A stretch of DNA of 48,380 bases from a candidate division WOR-3 bacterium (GTDB lineage Bacteria; Hydrothermota; Hydrothermia; B15-G9; WFZT01). The notes below the pieces were generated by a model. It was not told where the DNA came from and ran no database searches. It saw only the letters and a program-made list of their open reading frames with translations. The translations under genes and the position numbers were made by a program. Below are positions 30,667 to 39,498 of the stretch, in pieces. Numbering within the stretch: the first letter of the stretch is position 1; each line of letters begins with the position of its first letter. Location: assembly GCA_027053075.1 (NCBI GenBank), contig JALUEE010000027.1, forward strand, positions 1 through 48,380, read 5' to 3'.

Positions 30667-32733
30667 ATGCCCTTAAAGGCCGATAAACCAATTAAAACCC
30701 CAAAGGAAGATGTACTTGGTAGAGCAGAGGTTGCGGTGTCATTTGCTAAGCAACTTTTGTCACTTGATATATCTGAAGGTGTCGTTGTAGGTGTCCTTGG
30801 CCCTTGGGGATCTGGAAAGACATCCTTCGTTAACTTGGTACGGGGATATTTGGAAAATCTCCGTGTTCCTGTGCTTGATTTCAATCCATGGATGTTTAGT
30901 GGCACTGAACAGCTTATAGATTCATTCTTCATTGAACTTTCTGCACAATTGAAACTCAATTCTACCCTTCATGAAATCGGAAAGGCTTTAGAAAGTTACG
31001 GAGAGATTTTTTCTGGGTTGGGCTCGTTACCTTTTGTAGGTCCATTGATTGAAGGAAGTTCAAAAGTTTCAAAGACTTTAGCCAAGATTCTCCAGCGTAG
31101 AGAGGGGGGCATTACCAGTTCTCGAGTCAAAGTTGAGAAAGCTTTGGCAACTCTTGATAAACCGATTGTTGTAATCATTGATGACATTGACAGATTAACT
31201 GTGTCAGAGATTCAGGATATCTTCAAGCTTGTTCGGTTGACCGCGAATTTTCCTAATGTTATTTATATTTTGGCTTTCGATCGTCTTCGAGTAGAGCAAG
31301 CTCTTACTGAGCAAGGTCTCCCTGGTCGTGATTACCTTGAAAAGATACTCCAGATCAGTGTTGACCTCCCCGCAATTCCAAACCAAATACTGAACAGGCA
31401 TATTTCACAAGCTATTAACGAAGCGATTGACGGAATTAAAAATCCTGGTCCATTTCAAAAAGAGCGCTGGCCAGATGTTTTCATGGAAATTATTCGTCCC
31501 TTATTCAAAAACATTCGAGATGTGCGGCGTTATGCACTTGCTGTCCATGGTACAGTACTAAACTTAAACGGCCAAGTTGCCCTTGTTGATGTGTTAGCGT
31601 TGGAGGCTATTCGAGTTTTCCTACCTGATGTTTTCTATCAGATACATGAGTCTATCGACGGACTCACTGAGACCTCTGAGATCACTTTAGATACTTACGA
31701 AAATCAGTCACCCCTGAAGGAGCAGATTGACCAATTGATTGAAACGGCTGGTAATAAAGCTAATGTTGTTCGAGCACTTATAACGCGGATTTTCCCTGCT
31801 GCCGAACGACATATAGGTGGTCTTCGTTACGGAGATGAGTGGAAAAAACGATGGCTTCAAGAACGACGCGTTGCTCATGAGCACATCCTTAGATTTTATT
31901 TAGAACGTCTTCCAAGTAAAGGGTTACAAGCGTTTGTGGACGCTGAGCGGGCTTTCGAGAAAATGGCAAACCTCGAAGAGTTCAACCATTATCTTCGTTC
32001 ACTTGACCCTTCACGGCTGGAAGATGTTATAGCTTCCTTGGAAGTGTTTGAAGATAGATTTCGTGCTGAGCATGTGGTACCAGGGGTAGTTGTGCTACTC
32101 AATATATTACCTGAAATACCCGAGAGACCATTGGGGATGTTTGATTTAGGGCCCGAATTAATTGTGAGCCGTGTGGTTTACCGGTTAATTCGCTCTTTAC
32201 AGGACCACAGTAGAGTAGAGGAAGCTGTTAGAAATATTATTCGCCATCTCAATACCCTTTACGCAAAGGAATTATTGATCACGATGGTCGGCTATCAAGA
32301 AGGGGCAGGACATAAACTTGTGTCAAAGAAAGCAGCAGAGAACTTCGAAAAAGAATGGAGAGATGAGGTACGTTCTGCCTCTATTAGCACTTTAATAAAG
32401 GAAAAAGGTCTCCTCAGAATTTTATTACTTGTGAAACGCAGGGCAGGCCCAGAAGAACCTCCACTGGATATCCCTGATTCACCCTTTATGACTCTTGCTC
32501 TTCTACGATCCGCTCAGGTTGAGGTTTACAGTCAATCTATGGGGAGTCGATTTGTGCGTCCTTCCGTTCGCCTTGCATGGGATGAATTGGTTGAATTGTA
32601 TGGAAGCGAAGATGTTCTTCGTGATAGAATCGAGAAGCTGAAGTCAACACATCCAGAAGGTGCAGATGAACTGCTCTCTTTGGTGGATAAGTATCTCGCA
32701 GGTTGGCGCCCCAGCGATTCTGGTAGAAATTAG
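30667..32733 (+). CDS. KAP-family P-loop NTPase
   Basis: DVLGR, Walker A GPWGSGKTS, FNPWMF, Walker B VIIDDIDRL and YLEKILQ. ATG 30667 with a GGAG SD is preferred. Confidence 0.9.
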   Translation: MPLKADKPIKTPKEDVLGRAEVAVSFAKQLLSLDISEGVVVGVLGPWGSGKTSFVNLVRGYLENLRVPVLDFNPWMFSGTEQLIDSFFIELSAQLKLNSTLHEIGKALESYGEIFSGLGSLPFVGPLIEGSSKVSKTLAKILQRREGGITSSRVKVEKALATLDKPIVVIIDDIDRLTVSEIQDIFKLVRLTANFPNVIYILAFDRLRVEQALTEQGLPGRDYLEKILQISVDLPAIPNQILNRHISQAINEAIDGIKNPGPFQKERWPDVFMEIIRPLFKNIRDVRRYALAVHGTVLNLNGQVALVDVLALEAIRVFLPDVFYQIHESIDGLTETSEITLDTYENQSPLKEQIDQLIETAGNKANVVRALITRIFPAAERHIGGLRYGDEWKKRWLQERRVAHEHILRFYLERLPSKGLQAFVDAERAFEKMANLEEFNHYLRSLDPSRLEDVIASLEVFEDRFRAEHVVPGVVVLLNILPEIPERPLGMFDLGPELIVSRVVYRLIRSLQDHSRVEEAVRNIIRHLNTLYAKELLITMVGYQEGAGHKLVSKKAAENFEKEWRDEVRSASISTLIKEKGLLRILLLVKRRAGPEEPPLDIPDSPFMTLALLRSAQVEVYSQSMGSRFVRPSVRLAWDELVELYGSEDVLRDRIEKLKSTHPEGADELLSLVDKYLAGWRPSDSGRN

Positions 32734-32956
32734 GGGATCAGATTTGCTGAAAAGGTTTCTAAAATGCAATATTGGGGTTAGCAAGCGCTGGAGAAATTGC
32801 TAACAATAGTATTCAGCGGATGTGGCTACACACGAACATAAGTAAAATTTTGACCTGCAATCATGCGCCAAGGGTGAATCGCGAACGGTGACAATATGCA
32901 GGTGATACTAACATCCCTTAGTTTTAATGTCGTAATACTTTAATTGGGAGAGTGGA

Positions 32957-33307
32957 ATGATGATAAATCCGGGATTGAAGGGCAAAGTGGTATTTTTTAC
33001 AGAGGTAAATAACACCTACGGAATCGGTGCGGCTTCGGTCAGAGCATTTGTCACCCATGAAGCGCGTGTGTTTCTCCATTTTTTCCGGTCATTCTCTACC
33101 AACCCTGATCAGGAAGAGATAGACGGTCCCGGGTTTGCCTTTTTCAATGCCCAGCAAAGCAAAACAGCGGATGAAGTCCTTCGGACAATCTACCAGAATG
33201 GTGGGCAAGCGGCAGTTTTCGAACTGGGACAGCATGGTATAACAGTCAAAGTGGTTGCACCGAGGCCAGTTCAAACTGGATATATCACACCAGAGATGGG
33301 GATATAA
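32957..33307 (+). pseudogene. SDR oxidoreductase remnant (internal deletion)
   Basis: LKGKVV...YGIGAA N-terminus joined directly to ELGQHGITVKVVAP-PVQTG. The YxxxK catalytic region is missing. Confidence 0.7.
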
Positions 33308-33390
33308 AGAAAGTTTACTTCTCGGCAAAAAGACTCACTACTCTATCATTCCTGACCTGATTACCAGGAGCTTAAATTGTTCTCACTTCA

Positions 33391-33437
33391 CATTGTCAAC
33401 CTAATTGTCAACCAAATGAATCCTGTTTTTGTCAACC
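33391..33437. repeat. 47-bp direct repeat copy A (3 x TTGTCAACC)
   Basis: 40/47 identical to 34510..34556; overlaps the last codons and stop of the regulator gene. Confidence 0.9.
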
Positions 33438-34495
33438 TCAACACGCCTGAAAAAGGGGATAAGTTCTGGGGGAACATTTATTACTTTAACAATTAAGTCT
33501 TTTTCACCAGACGGGAAAACTCTTAAGAGCTCGTCAAGGAACCCCTGCCCAACCATCTCAACTTTTTTGAAATCAAATATCACCTCTTTAAATTTCCCCC
33601 TTATGGGCTGAACCAATCTTTTTGCCTGGGATCGAGAAATAAGCTTTTTCCCCAGGATAGTCACCACCACTCTTGATATCTGGAAATTAAAATCATACCT
33701 GTATGGCGCATAAATCTCGAATATATCACTCAATCTTTTCCTCATGTTATAGGGTACAACAAAAGCAACAACAGTACCCTTTATGTAACCCTTCAATTTC
33801 TCAACCCAAGCTTCCTGACCATAATTATCAAAATGTAATGCCAGTTTATGAGATTTAATAACCATTTTCCTTGATGCTTTTGATGAGAAAAAAATGCCTT
33901 CACCTGTGTGTCTCTCCTTCTGCGTGGTTGTCTTCCCGGGTATAAGCCATGTAATTGCATCTGATTCAGAATTAAGCCCAAATTCATCTGATATTCGCTT
34001 AAAAATCCCAACTCCATAATCCCTGATTTCCATACTCAAACTGTAATTTTCAAATTTAACAACGACATCTATCCACGGAGACGATGAATGGTCAATGGCA
34101 TTATTGAATATTTCTGTAAAAACATACCTGCAATTATCTAAGGCATTCGTGTTAAGGAATTTTTTCAAATTTGTTACCGCAGCAACCTTATCAAATACTA
34201 TGTCCTCTGACTCATCCGGCTTAAATCTGAACCTTATCTCCCTTTTTATTGCCTGTCTTGCTACCAGATTCCTCGGAATTACTTTTTTACCGATACTTTT
34301 TATTCCCTCTTCGGTTAAAAAATATCCTGAATTTTTTGTTCTCCCGATCTTTAACAACAACCCCTGCTCTATCAGCCTTTTTACCCTTTTATGAACTGCC
34401 TGTCTGCTAATACCAAGCCTTCGACCAATTTCTGAAAGTGTTGTATTATTATCATTGAAGATGTATTCCAGGATTTCCCTATCCTTCTTGTCCAT
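33401..34495 (-). CDS. winged-helix + HATPase + STAS-like (DUF4325) protein
   Basis: HTH EIGRRLGISRQAVHKRVKRLIEQG; HATPase boxes EIFNNAIDHS, DYGVGIF and GEGIFFS; STAS-like SRSQAKRL...DFKKVEMVGQGFLDE. Confidence 0.85.
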   Translation of the reverse strand: MDKKDREILEYIFNDNNTTLSEIGRRLGISRQAVHKRVKRLIEQGLLLKIGRTKNSGYFLTEEGIKSIGKKVIPRNLVARQAIKREIRFRFKPDESEDIVFDKVAAVTNLKKFLNTNALDNCRYVFTEIFNNAIDHSSSPWIDVVVKFENYSLSMEIRDYGVGIFKRISDEFGLNSESDAITWLIPGKTTTQKERHTGEGIFFSSKASRKMVIKSHKLALHFDNYGQEAWVEKLKGYIKGTVVAFVVPYNMRKRLSDIFEIYAPYRYDFNFQISRVVVTILGKKLISRSQAKRLVQPIRGKFKEVIFDFKKVEMVGQGFLDELLRVFPSGEKDLIVKVINVPPELIPFFRRVEVDKNRIHLVDN

Positions 34496-34509
34496 ACTGC
34501 TATATTAGC

Positions 34510-34556
34510 CATTGTCAACCTGATTGTCAACCAATTTAACTTAGTTTTTGTCAACC
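34510..34556. repeat. 47-bp direct repeat copy B (3 x TTGTCAACC), overlapping the promoter
   Basis: On the minus strand the middle box supplies TTGACA-N17-TAATAT-N6-ATG(34495). Confidence 0.9.
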
Positions 34557-34795
34557 AATACCCAAAAACCCGTTTGGAAATTCTATAGAGTGCGTAAACG
34601 GTCGTATTCTCTGCTTTACTCGTTCACACAACTAATATCCATGCGGCAACCCGGTCAGAGTAAGGAAGTTAAAAATTCGAGATGTATTTTTCTCCCTTCT
34701 CATATTAGGTAAAAACTAACCAAGTAATAATTTCGGTTGGTTGAAGGATTTCCCAGATAATCACAAGAATTTGTTTGAATTAGCTGCATAAAAAT

Positions 34796-34826
34796 TTGGG
34801 GCGGGGCCCGAAGGGCCCCGCCCCAA
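34796..34826 (-). terminator. intrinsic terminator after the lipoprotein gene
   Basis: Perfect 14-bp stem ttggggcggggccc-gaa-gggccccgccccaa followed by a T-rich tract on the minus strand. Confidence 0.8.
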
Positions 34827-34848
34827 CAAAAACTCACATAATTCTTCC

Positions 34849-35622
34849 TTACTTTGCCGCGTTACCCACTCTCTTGAGACCGGGTATCGTCTGATATGCT
34901 CCCTCAAGTGTTACTGAATGCTCTGTGTCGTTCACATTCAACACCTTGATCTTTGCATAATGTATTTCATTGTTGCTCTGTACAAGCTTTACATAATACA
35001 CATCATTGACGTGAGGCTGGAAATTCGGCTCTATGGGCTCCACAGTTACACTATCTGCATCGCCATACCTTTGGCTGGTTAGGAGGAAGTATGTAGAATC
35101 CTGTGAATTGGGGCAGGATGTGTGAGATAATTGAATACCCATTACAGAACTAAGATAGTAGTAGAAATCAACTACCTCACAATGATTGGTTAAAGGATAT
35201 ACGATTAAATCTCCATTGGAATTCCAGCCCGCTCCAGATGGATGGGTAGTGTCAGAATAATTATTTGCATCGTAGATCGTTACGTTAGATGTCTCCACTG
35301 GTCTCAAATCCACTATATTCGTTGGGTCACTTTCAAGGTCCCCCTTGTATGCAGTAACTTTGTAGGCACCAATCTCATCCACACGAATGGATGTGCTGTC
35401 TTTGTCCTCTATCGTATCAACCACAGCATCTCCAAGGTAGACATAATAACCTTCAGCGTCAGAGACGGTATCCCACGATAGGACAACCGCAAATCCGTCA
35501 TTTGTAACCTGATACGTAAGAGTCCCTGGTGAAGCCAGGTACTCATTTTCATTTGTTGTGGTACATCCGGCCATTATTGCAAGTGCACCTACAACAAGAG
35601 CAGCATATAGTACTTTTTTCAT
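34849..35622 (-). CDS. lipoprotein, paralog of 3267..4124
   Basis: GGAGG SD before ATG 35622, lipobox MAGC, and shared motifs with the paralog. Confidence 0.75.
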   Translation of the reverse strand: MKKVLYAALVVGALAIMAGCTTTNENEYLASPGTLTYQVTNDGFAVVLSWDTVSDAEGYYVYLGDAVVDTIEDKDSTSIRVDEIGAYKVTAYKGDLESDPTNIVDLRPVETSNVTIYDANNYSDTTHPSGAGWNSNGDLIVYPLTNHCEVVDFYYYLSSVMGIQLSHTSCPNSQDSTYFLLTSQRYGDADSVTVEPIEPNFQPHVNDVYYVKLVQSNNEIHYAKIKVLNVNDTEHSVTLEGAYQTIPGLKRVGNAAK

Positions 35623-36358
35623 TGCTGAACCTCCTGTTTGAGTTTTAATGAATAATAATTGTGAAGTGCGAATCAATCAAGGTTAAGAGGTGAACTGAGC
35701 TCATTCAGAAAATGCTGAATCTTAGTTACCACCTTTTTCCTACTCCCACAAATCCTCGTAACCTCAACGAAATTCGCAGACCAGTCGGTAAGTTGCCCGT
35801 CCTTCACTGGGAAAGAAAGGGTTAAGGGGGAAATGGGGCATGATTAACACTCTTTAAACTATCAGGGTAACGATATTCCTGAAGATGGTTGGATACTTTC
35901 GCTCGATTATTTTTACATTCCACCCCAACCCTCCCCTCCGAAGGGCTGACGTCACCCACGAATTTCTGGAAAATAACACCTCATCCCTTACCACGACTAC
36001 AAAAAGGTGTACTACGCTCAATATTTGAACACTCTCTTTATACGGTATAAACGAATATATCCTTCCGGTAAAAGTTGTTGATTTAGTGCGAAAAATTGAA
36101 TTTCCCGCCCAGATTGCGTTGTATAAATATACATGAAAAGCAAAAACATGGGTGATGTCAGCTCCGAAGGGAGGGAGGGAGTTTCGCTAATCATTACGGC
36201 TGGTGAATCTTGAGTCATTCAGATTTTAACCTCCTCAATACACTCAACGCAGCACAAATGGATAACCAGGGGGTGACATTTTCTAACAGGTTCGGTGATA
36301 CTTGATAAAATTTACCGTTTACTTTAATTTGTAAGCCTAAAATTAACCGGAGGGCCGT

Positions 36359-36715
36359 ATGGATCAAAAACAACTGGAACACTTCAAGGAGCTTCTCCTT
36401 AAAGAGAAGCAGAGGATCATGAAGAAACTGTTAAAAATAAAAGAAGTCGAGGAGCAGATTGGAAACAACTGGGACGAGCCCAAGGACCTCGAAGACTGGG
36501 CCGATATTACCTTAACTGAGGATGTCCAGGCAATAATTGCGACAAGGGATGCATCCGTACTTAACGAAATTGATATTGCCCTTGGAAAAATTGAAAAGGG
36601 CACTTATGGCATCTGTGAGAGATGTGGAAAGCCCATTGAACCTGAGAGGCTCGAGCTCATTCCCTGGACAAAATTCTGCTCAAAATGTGCACACGAAATT
36701 GAAGGAGGTGCTTGA
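36359..36715 (+). CDS. dksA: DksA/TraR C4 zinc-finger protein
   Basis: Coiled coil with DxxDxA (DLEDWA), GTYGICERCG...ERLE and CSKC. Confidence 0.85.
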   Translation: MDQKQLEHFKELLLKEKQRIMKKLLKIKEVEEQIGNNWDEPKDLEDWADITLTEDVQAIIATRDASVLNEIDIALGKIEKGTYGICERCGKPIEPERLELIPWTKFCSKCAHEIEGGA

Positions 36716-36716
36716 A

Positions 36717-37196
36717 ATGAAAAAAATGCTTTCATTGCTCGTGACATTATTAATGGTCTCAACCCTGGGAGCAACGAGAAGACATATTCCAAAGGCACCG
36801 GATTTTACACTTCCGGGGGTCAATGGCGATACAGTTCACCTATACGACTACAAAGGAAAGGTTGTAATCCTTGATTTCTGGGCAACATGGTGTCCTCCCT
36901 GTAAGGCAGAAATTCCGGGATTTGTCAAACTAATGAAGGAACTCAAAGGTAAACCCTTCACCGTCATAGGGGTTGCCCTCGATGACCCCAAGAGAGTAGA
37001 CGCCTTTTACAAAAAATATAAGATGAATTATCCTGTGGCCTATGGTGATCGCCAGATTGCAAGGCTTTACGGCGGAATTAGAGGAATACCCACAACATTC
37101 ATTCTCGACAAGGATATGAGAATTGTGAGAAAATTCGTGGGCTACAGGAGTAAGGAGATTTTCCTTCAGACAGTTGAACAACTTCTGAATGAGTAA
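36717..37196 (+). CDS. TlpA/ResA-like thiol-disulfide oxidoreductase
   Basis: Signal peptide, APDFTL, DFWATWCPPC and GIPTTF; GGAGG SD before ATG 36717. Confidence 0.9.
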   Translation: MKKMLSLLVTLLMVSTLGATRRHIPKAPDFTLPGVNGDTVHLYDYKGKVVILDFWATWCPPCKAEIPGFVKLMKELKGKPFTVIGVALDDPKRVDAFYKKYKMNYPVAYGDRQIARLYGGIRGIPTTFILDKDMRIVRKFVGYRSKEIFLQTVEQLLNE

Positions 37197-38319
37197 AAAA
37201 ATTGCCCTTTTAGGTGCGACAGGCTCGATTGGCACATCCACACTTGATGTCTTGAGAAATCTTGGATTTGAGCTTGTCGCATTTTCTTTTCATTCTAATG
37301 TAAACCGGGCAAAGGAGATTGTTAAAGAGTTTCATCCCCGATTCGCGGTCTGCACATCCAACAAAAAATCAGATATCGGCGTTCCCATACTTTATGGAAG
37401 GGACGGGCTTGAATTTGTCGCATCCCTTGAAGATGTGGATATTGTACTTGTTTCTACTGCCGGAACTATCGGTGTCTTTCCAACACTTGCCGCACTGAAA
37501 AGTGGAAAAAGAGTTGCCCTTGCAAACAAGGAAACTCTCGTTTCATTCGGCCCCATTGTCAAAAAAACACTTGAAAAATCCCAAGGAGAAATAATTCCTG
37601 TTGACTCGGAGCATTCCGCCATCTTTCAGCTTCTTGATGGACGAAAGGACGAGGTTGAGAACATCTATCTCACCGCGTCTGGAGGTCCTTTCCGGCAAAC
37701 CCCAAAGGATGAGTTGAAGAATGTAAAGCCCCGGGATGCACTGAAGCATCCTACATGGAGTATGGGACGTAAAATCACCATAGACAGCGCAACCATGATA
37801 AATAAAGGGCTTGAAATCATTGAAGCCTATTATCTCTTCGACATGCCACCGGAACGTATAAAAGTAATTGTTCATCCACAATCCATTATCCACGGTATGG
37901 TCGAGCTTAGAGATGGGGCCTGGCTTGCACACCTGTCCTTCCCTGATATGCGGATTCCCATTCAGTATGCTCTCACCTATCCTGAAAGACTTCCTTCACC
38001 GGTGAGAACGTTCAACCCGTTCGAGGTATCTGAGCTTACATTCGAAAAACCGGATATGGAGAAGTTTCCAGGGCTGAAGCTTGCCTATGAGGTACTTAAA
38101 GAAGGTCGAGAACTTCCTACCATTTTCAACGCTGCCAACGAAGAGGCTGTGTATCTATTTTTAGATGAGAAGGTTGGGTTTACAGATATCCCGGAAATAA
38201 TTCACAGGGTAATTGAACTGAATCCCGGATTTGACCACAATTCCCTCGAAGGCCTCCTCGAAGCTGACCGATGGGCAAGGGGAAAGGTAAAAGAGGTGGC
38301 CAGAAAGTTGAATAAATAA
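37189..38319 (+). CDS. dxr: 1-deoxy-D-xylulose-5-phosphate reductoisomerase
   Basis: LGATGSIG, LANKE, PVDSEHSA, TASGGPF and HPTWSMGRKITIDSAT. Confidence 0.97.
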   Translation: MSKKIALLGATGSIGTSTLDVLRNLGFELVAFSFHSNVNRAKEIVKEFHPRFAVCTSNKKSDIGVPILYGRDGLEFVASLEDVDIVLVSTAGTIGVFPTLAALKSGKRVALANKETLVSFGPIVKKTLEKSQGEIIPVDSEHSAIFQLLDGRKDEVENIYLTASGGPFRQTPKDELKNVKPRDALKHPTWSMGRKITIDSATMINKGLEIIEAYYLFDMPPERIKVIVHPQSIIHGMVELRDGAWLAHLSFPDMRIPIQYALTYPERLPSPVRTFNPFEVSELTFEKPDMEKFPGLKLAYEVLKEGRELPTIFNAANEEAVYLFLDEKVGFTDIPEIIHRVIELNPGFDHNSLEGLLEADRWARGKVKEVARKLNK

Positions 38320-38502
38320 ACCTCTGCGAGAATCTTTAAAGTACCTTGTCAATATCTGGCTTGAAACACAGATCGCGCTCAAGTTTTGAGGGAAGTTTTT
38401 TAACACATATGGAAATCTCTGCAGTCTTATTCCAGAGTGAATCTTACGACAACCACTTATAATCCTTCTTTTTCAAAAAATCATTAGATCTCAATGAGGA
38501 AA

Positions 38503-38542
38503 GCCCTCACCCCCTGCTCTCTCCCGCTTCACGGGAGAGGGA
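38503..38542. repeat. REP/MITE-like GC hairpin
   Basis: ccctcaccccctgctctctcccg-cttca-cgggagaggg lies between convergent genes and resembles the MITE core. Confidence 0.5.
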
Positions 38543-38698
38543 GATTGACAGGTTTTCGATAAAAATTTCAGATGTACCGCTATGCCCCCATGCATAAATT
38601 TGACTGCGGTGGGAAGGTAAGGAGAGAGGTCACATCTGCAATTTTAGAACAGACCTTCCTCACTGTACTTTCTGAAATTTCCGCCAATTTAAAATTGC

Positions 38699-39457
38699 TC
38701 AATCCACCTTCCTGAGCAGGGCAGCTATGTCTGCGGCCTTCGAAATGATATATTCTTTTCCCCTCTCAAACTCACTCCAAAGTGGGATATAATCAACCTT
38801 CGCCTTTATTGTCAAATCAATGGCATACACACCTCGCCTTTTGACGGCCATGTGTTCCAGCCCCGGATATGTTTTGCCCTTGTGGGTTGCAAAACCAACC
38901 GTATAACCCGCTTCCAGCGCTGATTCAATCACCCGCTCGTCGTACCTCCCATAAGGATAGGCAATAGCAAAAACCTCATCTCCGATAATATCCTCAAGGA
39001 TCTGGCGGGAAACCTTTAGCTCCTCTTTGAGTTTTTTCTCACTCACTCTCAAAAGGTCCGGATGTGTATGAGTATGTGAGCCTATAATCCAGCCATTCTC
39101 GTGGAGTTCCCTGATTTCACTCTTTCCAACATGGGAAAATTTGAATCCAAAGTTCAAATCCCAATCGTTGGTGCCACCTATGTATTTTGTAACAATGAAG
39201 ATAGCCCCGTTTAATCCTGCCTCCCTTAGCACGGGAAAGGCAACCTCATAAACACACTTATAGGCATCATCAAAGGTAAAAAGCACGTCGCCCTCATTCC
39301 AGGTTAGAGACTTTAGCAAATCCCTTGAAATTCCAGAAAGTCCCCTTTTCTTAACAAAATTCACATGACGTTTAAAAATTGAAGGATGTATCCAGGTTCC
39401 ACCAAGCTCGAATTTAGTGGTCACCTTATGATATTGAAGGAAAATCGCCGTATTCAT
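38699..39457 (-). CDS. polysaccharide deacetylase (CE4/NodB)
   Basis: YHKV, TFDDAY, GSHTHTHP and AYPYG. Confidence 0.9.
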   Translation of the reverse strand: MNTAIFLQYHKVTTKFELGGTWIHPSIFKRHVNFVKKRGLSGISRDLLKSLTWNEGDVLFTFDDAYKCVYEVAFPVLREAGLNGAIFIVTKYIGGTNDWDLNFGFKFSHVGKSEIRELHENGWIIGSHTHTHPDLLRVSEKKLKEELKVSRQILEDIIGDEVFAIAYPYGRYDERVIESALEAGYTVGFATHKGKTYPGLEHMAVKRRGVYAIDLTIKAKVDYIPLWSEFERGKEYIISKAADIAALLRKVD

Positions 39458-39498
39458 TCACTTGACTGTAAAAATGCCAAACATTATGTTATAAACCA

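Noticed and set aside
32798..32893. Possible integron attC site after the KAP gene (tgctaac...ttcagcgg...ggtgaat...ggtgaca)
   Set aside because: The right end lacks GTTRRRY, pairing is weak, and there is no integrase or second attC nearby. IntegronFinder would settle it.
33391..34556. TTGTCAACC arrays as a CRISPR array or DnaA-box origin
   Set aside because: The units are 9 bp with 3-15 bp spacers, there are no cas genes, and they do not match TTATCCACA.
36537..36716. 60-aa N-terminal extension of TlpA
   Set aside because: It overlaps dksA. The SD and signal peptide point to ATG 36717.
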